A stretch of DNA of 64,000 nucleotides from Pirellulales bacterium (GTDB lineage Bacteria; Planctomycetota; Planctomycetia; Pirellulales; JALHPA01): NCBI GenBank assembly GCA_033762255.1, contig JANRLT010000070.1, positions 8,548 through 72,547 of the forward strand, given 5' to 3'. The notes beneath the pieces were generated by a model. It saw only the letters and a list, made by a program, of their open reading frames with translations. It was not told the origin of the DNA and searched no databases. How positions within the stretch are numbered: the stretch's first letter is position 1; each line of letters starts with the position of its first letter. Below, one piece after another: positions 61,510 through 64,000 of this stretch. The position numbers were made by a program, and so were the translations under genes.

Positions 61510-62216
61510 AAAATCGACCAAGGGGCTTGTACCGCGAAGAGCGGGCTTTCTTCAGGGCGCGTACTCTTTGCCCGGCACGGGGGAAGAACATCCCTCGGTA
61601 AATACCAGTCTAGCCGCGCGACTAATGCGAAAGCGAGCGTAATGCGGTTCTCTATAATAGAAACAGCAGAAACCTTGACGGATCTACGAGGTTAGCTGAC
61701 GGGCGAGGGATCAAGGTCTCCCTTCCACAAGGATTAGCCCCACAATTGGGTTCCCCGCTGCCGCGTGGTTAGGGGCGTCTTTACAGAAGTGCGCCACCAA
61801 GCATGCCGCGACATTCGATCATCATCTGGACCTCATTGTAAGTTCCGCCACCCTAGAATCAAGAGAGCATTAACTTGGGCAATAAAACTTGTGAAAATTC
61901 CAAGTCATGACAAACTAGCGGAAATAAGCGAACTTTTACGCCTGTTAACCGCGATGAGTCAAATTTTTTCTAGGTATAGAGAGGGTGATTGAACCCCAGG
62001 GCAGAAATACTCATAAAAACTAGTAACGCCGCAGTTTGGTTTACGCTGGGTTGGGTGGGGTGACCCGCGGGGAGGGCTTGGTCCGCCGACGGGACCACCA
62101 GAAATGCCCTCCGATGGCGATCAGCCTCGGATGCGGGCCTTGAATTGACGCTCTACTTGCGGCGTTTTACAATGCGCAAACACTTTCCTTAACTAGACTT
62201 GGACCAAGGTGGCACC

Positions 62217-63437
62217 ATGCAAAAATATTTCTTGTGGGCGGGCTTGTGGCTGGCCGCGACCAGTTTGACAACAATTTTTACTGCGGAATGCGGCTTTGCG
62301 GCCGAGACGATCAAGATTGTCAGCAGCCTTCCCCGCACCGGCAGCGCCAAGGACCAGACGGATTCGATTGTAAATGGGATCAAACTAGCCCTGGCCGAGG
62401 CCAACTACCAGGCGGGGGGGTTTACCTTGAAGTATGAGGACCTGGACGACGCCACCGCCGCCGCGGGCCAATGGACCGCCGAGCGGGAAGGGGCCAACGC
62501 CAAATCGGCCGCCGCCGATCAGGATGTGATGGTCTACATTGGGCCGTATAACAGTAACGCGGCAAAAATTTCGATGCCGATCCTCAACCGCGCTCCCCTG
62601 CTGATGATTAGTCCCGCGAATACCGCGATCGGACTCACCAAAAAGAACGAATTTGACCGCCAAGAACCGGGCATTTACCGCCCCACCGGCAAAATCAACT
62701 ACACCCGCGTGGTCGCCACTGATGACTTGCAAGGTCCCTTAGGCGCGCTCTGGGCGAAAAGCCTGGGGGTGAAAAAAGTCTACGTCCTGGATGACAAGGA
62801 AATGTACGGCAAGGGTATCGCCACGCTCTTTGCGGACAAGTGCGACGAATTGGATATCGAAGTGCTCGGCCATGACAGCATCACCGTGACCAATGTCGAA
62901 TTCAAGGCCCTGATGAATAAGATCAAAAAGGCCAATCCCGACTTGGTGTACTTTGGCGGGACGACGCAATCGCAGGGGGGCCAAATCGCCAAGGATATGG
63001 TGGCCGTGGGGTTAAAATGCAAACTGATGGTTCCGGACGGTTGCTGCGAGCAAGCGTTTATCGACGCTGCCGGCGCGGATAATCTGCATAATCGCTGCTA
63101 TGTCACCTTTCCCGGCTTGCCCGAGGATCAATTGACAGAAGTTGGCCAGCAGTTTTATAAGAAGTACGAAGAAACCTATAACATCAAACCGCAACCGTAT
63201 GCCATTTATGGGTATGAGGCGGGCCGGGTCGCGGTGGCGGCCATCAACAAAGCCAAACAGAAAGATCGCCAGGCGATCATTGACGCCGCCTTGAGCCTGC
63301 GGGATTTTCAGGGAGCCTTGGGCAAGTGGTCATTTGACGCCAATGGCGACACGACGCTGCGGCGGATGACCGGATTTGTCGTGCAAGATGGTAAATTTGC
63401 CGCCCCCCGTGTGTTGGATGAAATGAATGAGGAATAG
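62217..63437 (+). CDS. branched-chain amino acid ABC transporter substrate-binding protein (LivK/LivJ-like)
   Basis: Signal peptide, then IKIVSSLPRTGSAKDQTDSIVNGIKLALAE, typical of type-I periplasmic Leu/Ile/Val-binding proteins. Followed by livH. ATG 62217. Confidence 0.8.
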   Translation: MQKYFLWAGLWLAATSLTTIFTAECGFAAETIKIVSSLPRTGSAKDQTDSIVNGIKLALAEANYQAGGFTLKYEDLDDATAAAGQWTAEREGANAKSAAADQDVMVYIGPYNSNAAKISMPILNRAPLLMISPANTAIGLTKKNEFDRQEPGIYRPTGKINYTRVVATDDLQGPLGALWAKSLGVKKVYVLDDKEMYGKGIATLFADKCDELDIEVLGHDSITVTNVEFKALMNKIKKANPDLVYFGGTTQSQGGQIAKDMVAVGLKCKLMVPDGCCEQAFIDAAGADNLHNRCYVTFPGLPEDQLTEVGQQFYKKYEETYNIKPQPYAIYGYEAGRVAVAAINKAKQKDRQAIIDAALSLRDFQGALGKWSFDANGDTTLRRMTGFVVQDGKFAAPRVLDEMNEE

Positions 63438-63665
63438 TAGTCCTCTCACTCCGTGAGAGGAAACAGCGAATAGAATTTTGACAACCACCTTGTAACTCAC
63501 ATGTCCCATAATACTTATTGTTCATCACACGGAGTGTGATGAGTACACAGTAGTCCTCTCACTCCGTGAGCGGAAACAGCGAATAGAATTAATAACGTGT
63601 CGTTGTTCCCCCAACCACTTTTTAATTCCCAAACCCCAGCATCACACGGAGTGTGATGAGCACAC
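63435..63665. repeat. second cluster of the double-hairpin REP-like family
   Basis: CCTCTCAC-TCC-GTGAG(A/C)GG at 63441-63460 and 63553-63572. CATCACAC-GGA-GTGTGATG at 63523-63542 and 63640-63659. The flanking module AAACAGCGAATAGAATT is repeated at 63461-63477 and 63574-63590. Confidence 0.85.
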
Positions 63666-63711
63666 TTTTTCAGCGCGAATTACCCCCCCCTCCCTTGATT
63701 GTCCAATCGCT

Positions 63712-64000
63712 ATGTTACCAATGCTCTGGGGGGACGCCACGCTTTCCAATTTTTATAATCTGACTCTCACCGGGCTTACCCTGGGGAGTTTGATCGCGCT
63801 GATCGCCCTGGGCTACACGATGGTCTATGGCATTATTGGGCTGATTAATTTTGCCCACGGCGACGTCTTTATGCTGGGGGCGGTTCTGTGCTGGTGGCTC
63901 TTGGAACAGGCCCAAGTCAAGATGGAAGAACTGACCCTGGGGGGGGCGATATTGTATGTGTTGGGATTGCTGGTCGTGACCATGCTTGCCTGCGCCGCGC
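63712..64000 (+). CDS. livH: branched-chain amino acid ABC transporter permease, N-terminal part (runs off the right edge)
   Basis: ATG 63712 opens a stop-free frame to the window end: MLPMLWGDATLSNFYNLTLTGLTLGSLIALIALGYTMVYGIIGLINFAHGDVFMLGA. This is the LivH N-terminal signature. It is not in the track because no stop lies in the window. Confidence 0.8.
   Translation, partial: MLPMLWGDATLSNFYNLTLTGLTLGSLIALIALGYTMVYGIIGLINFAHGDVFMLGAVLCWWLLEQAQVKMEELTLGGAILYVLGLLVVTMLACAA

Noticed and set aside
61522-62216. 695-bp non-coding region upstream of the LivK-like gene, inspected for a structured RNA (RNase P, tmRNA, SRP, 6S, riboswitch)
   Set aside because: I found none of the conserved strings I know (for example GAGGAAAGTCC for RNase P, the GGGGCTGA... 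5' end or tRNA-like 3' end of tmRNA, or GGAAGCAGCC for SRP). Some GC-rich self-complementary stretches exist (about 62040-62150), but nothing I can assign. A covariance-model scan (Rfam/Infernal) is needed.

Overview
This 64-kb chromosomal window is roughly 55-58% GC by eye and has lower-GC islets. Its gene content reads like a Planctomycetota (Pirellulales-like) genome. That is an inference from a YTV-repeat/Cys-rich wall-type protein, a PSCyt1 cytochrome-c + WD40 protein, a PEP-CTERM protein with dockerin-like repeats, tandem DUF4159, MoxR/DUF58, an orphan mraZ, and scattered fliM and flp genes. I call 48 protein-coding genes (two cut by the window edges), one nonsense-interrupted small ORF, one tRNA-Gln(UUG), three intrinsic terminators, one Rex operator and several families of short dispersed intergenic repeats. 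Housekeeping genes recognised from motifs are pfkA, uvrC, proA, trxB, asnS, panB, rex, cstA and livH, plus an M50 protease, a NUDIX hydrolase and a polyprenol-phosphate mannosyltransferase. I saw no rRNA, CRISPR array, transposase, integrase or recognisable defence gene. The ORF track opens frames at ATG/GTG/TTG and takes the longest extension, so many starts are trimmed here to the first plausible start codon. All family calls come from motif recognition by eye, with no searches run. The most noteworthy items are: (1) a divergent EPS/PEP-CTERM-style export module at 45.2-50.5 kb, in which an ExeA/GspA-like AAA ATPase is translationally coupled to a BY-kinase-like protein that has lost every Walker motif; (2) a 706-aa bipartite YTV/Cys-rich repeat protein with a near-identical 186-bp internal duplication, lying downstream of a near-perfect Rex operator; (3) an unusually rich set of intergenic repeat families, including a double-hairpin REP-like element that abuts stop codons and G-tract (G4-type) motifs placed on the sense strand just 3' of four genes; (4) a low-GC islet of five small genes (17.4-19.6 kb) and a Uma2 nuclease gene wedged inside the moxR-DUF58 operon; (5) a small ORF with a premature stop next to tRNA-Gln.
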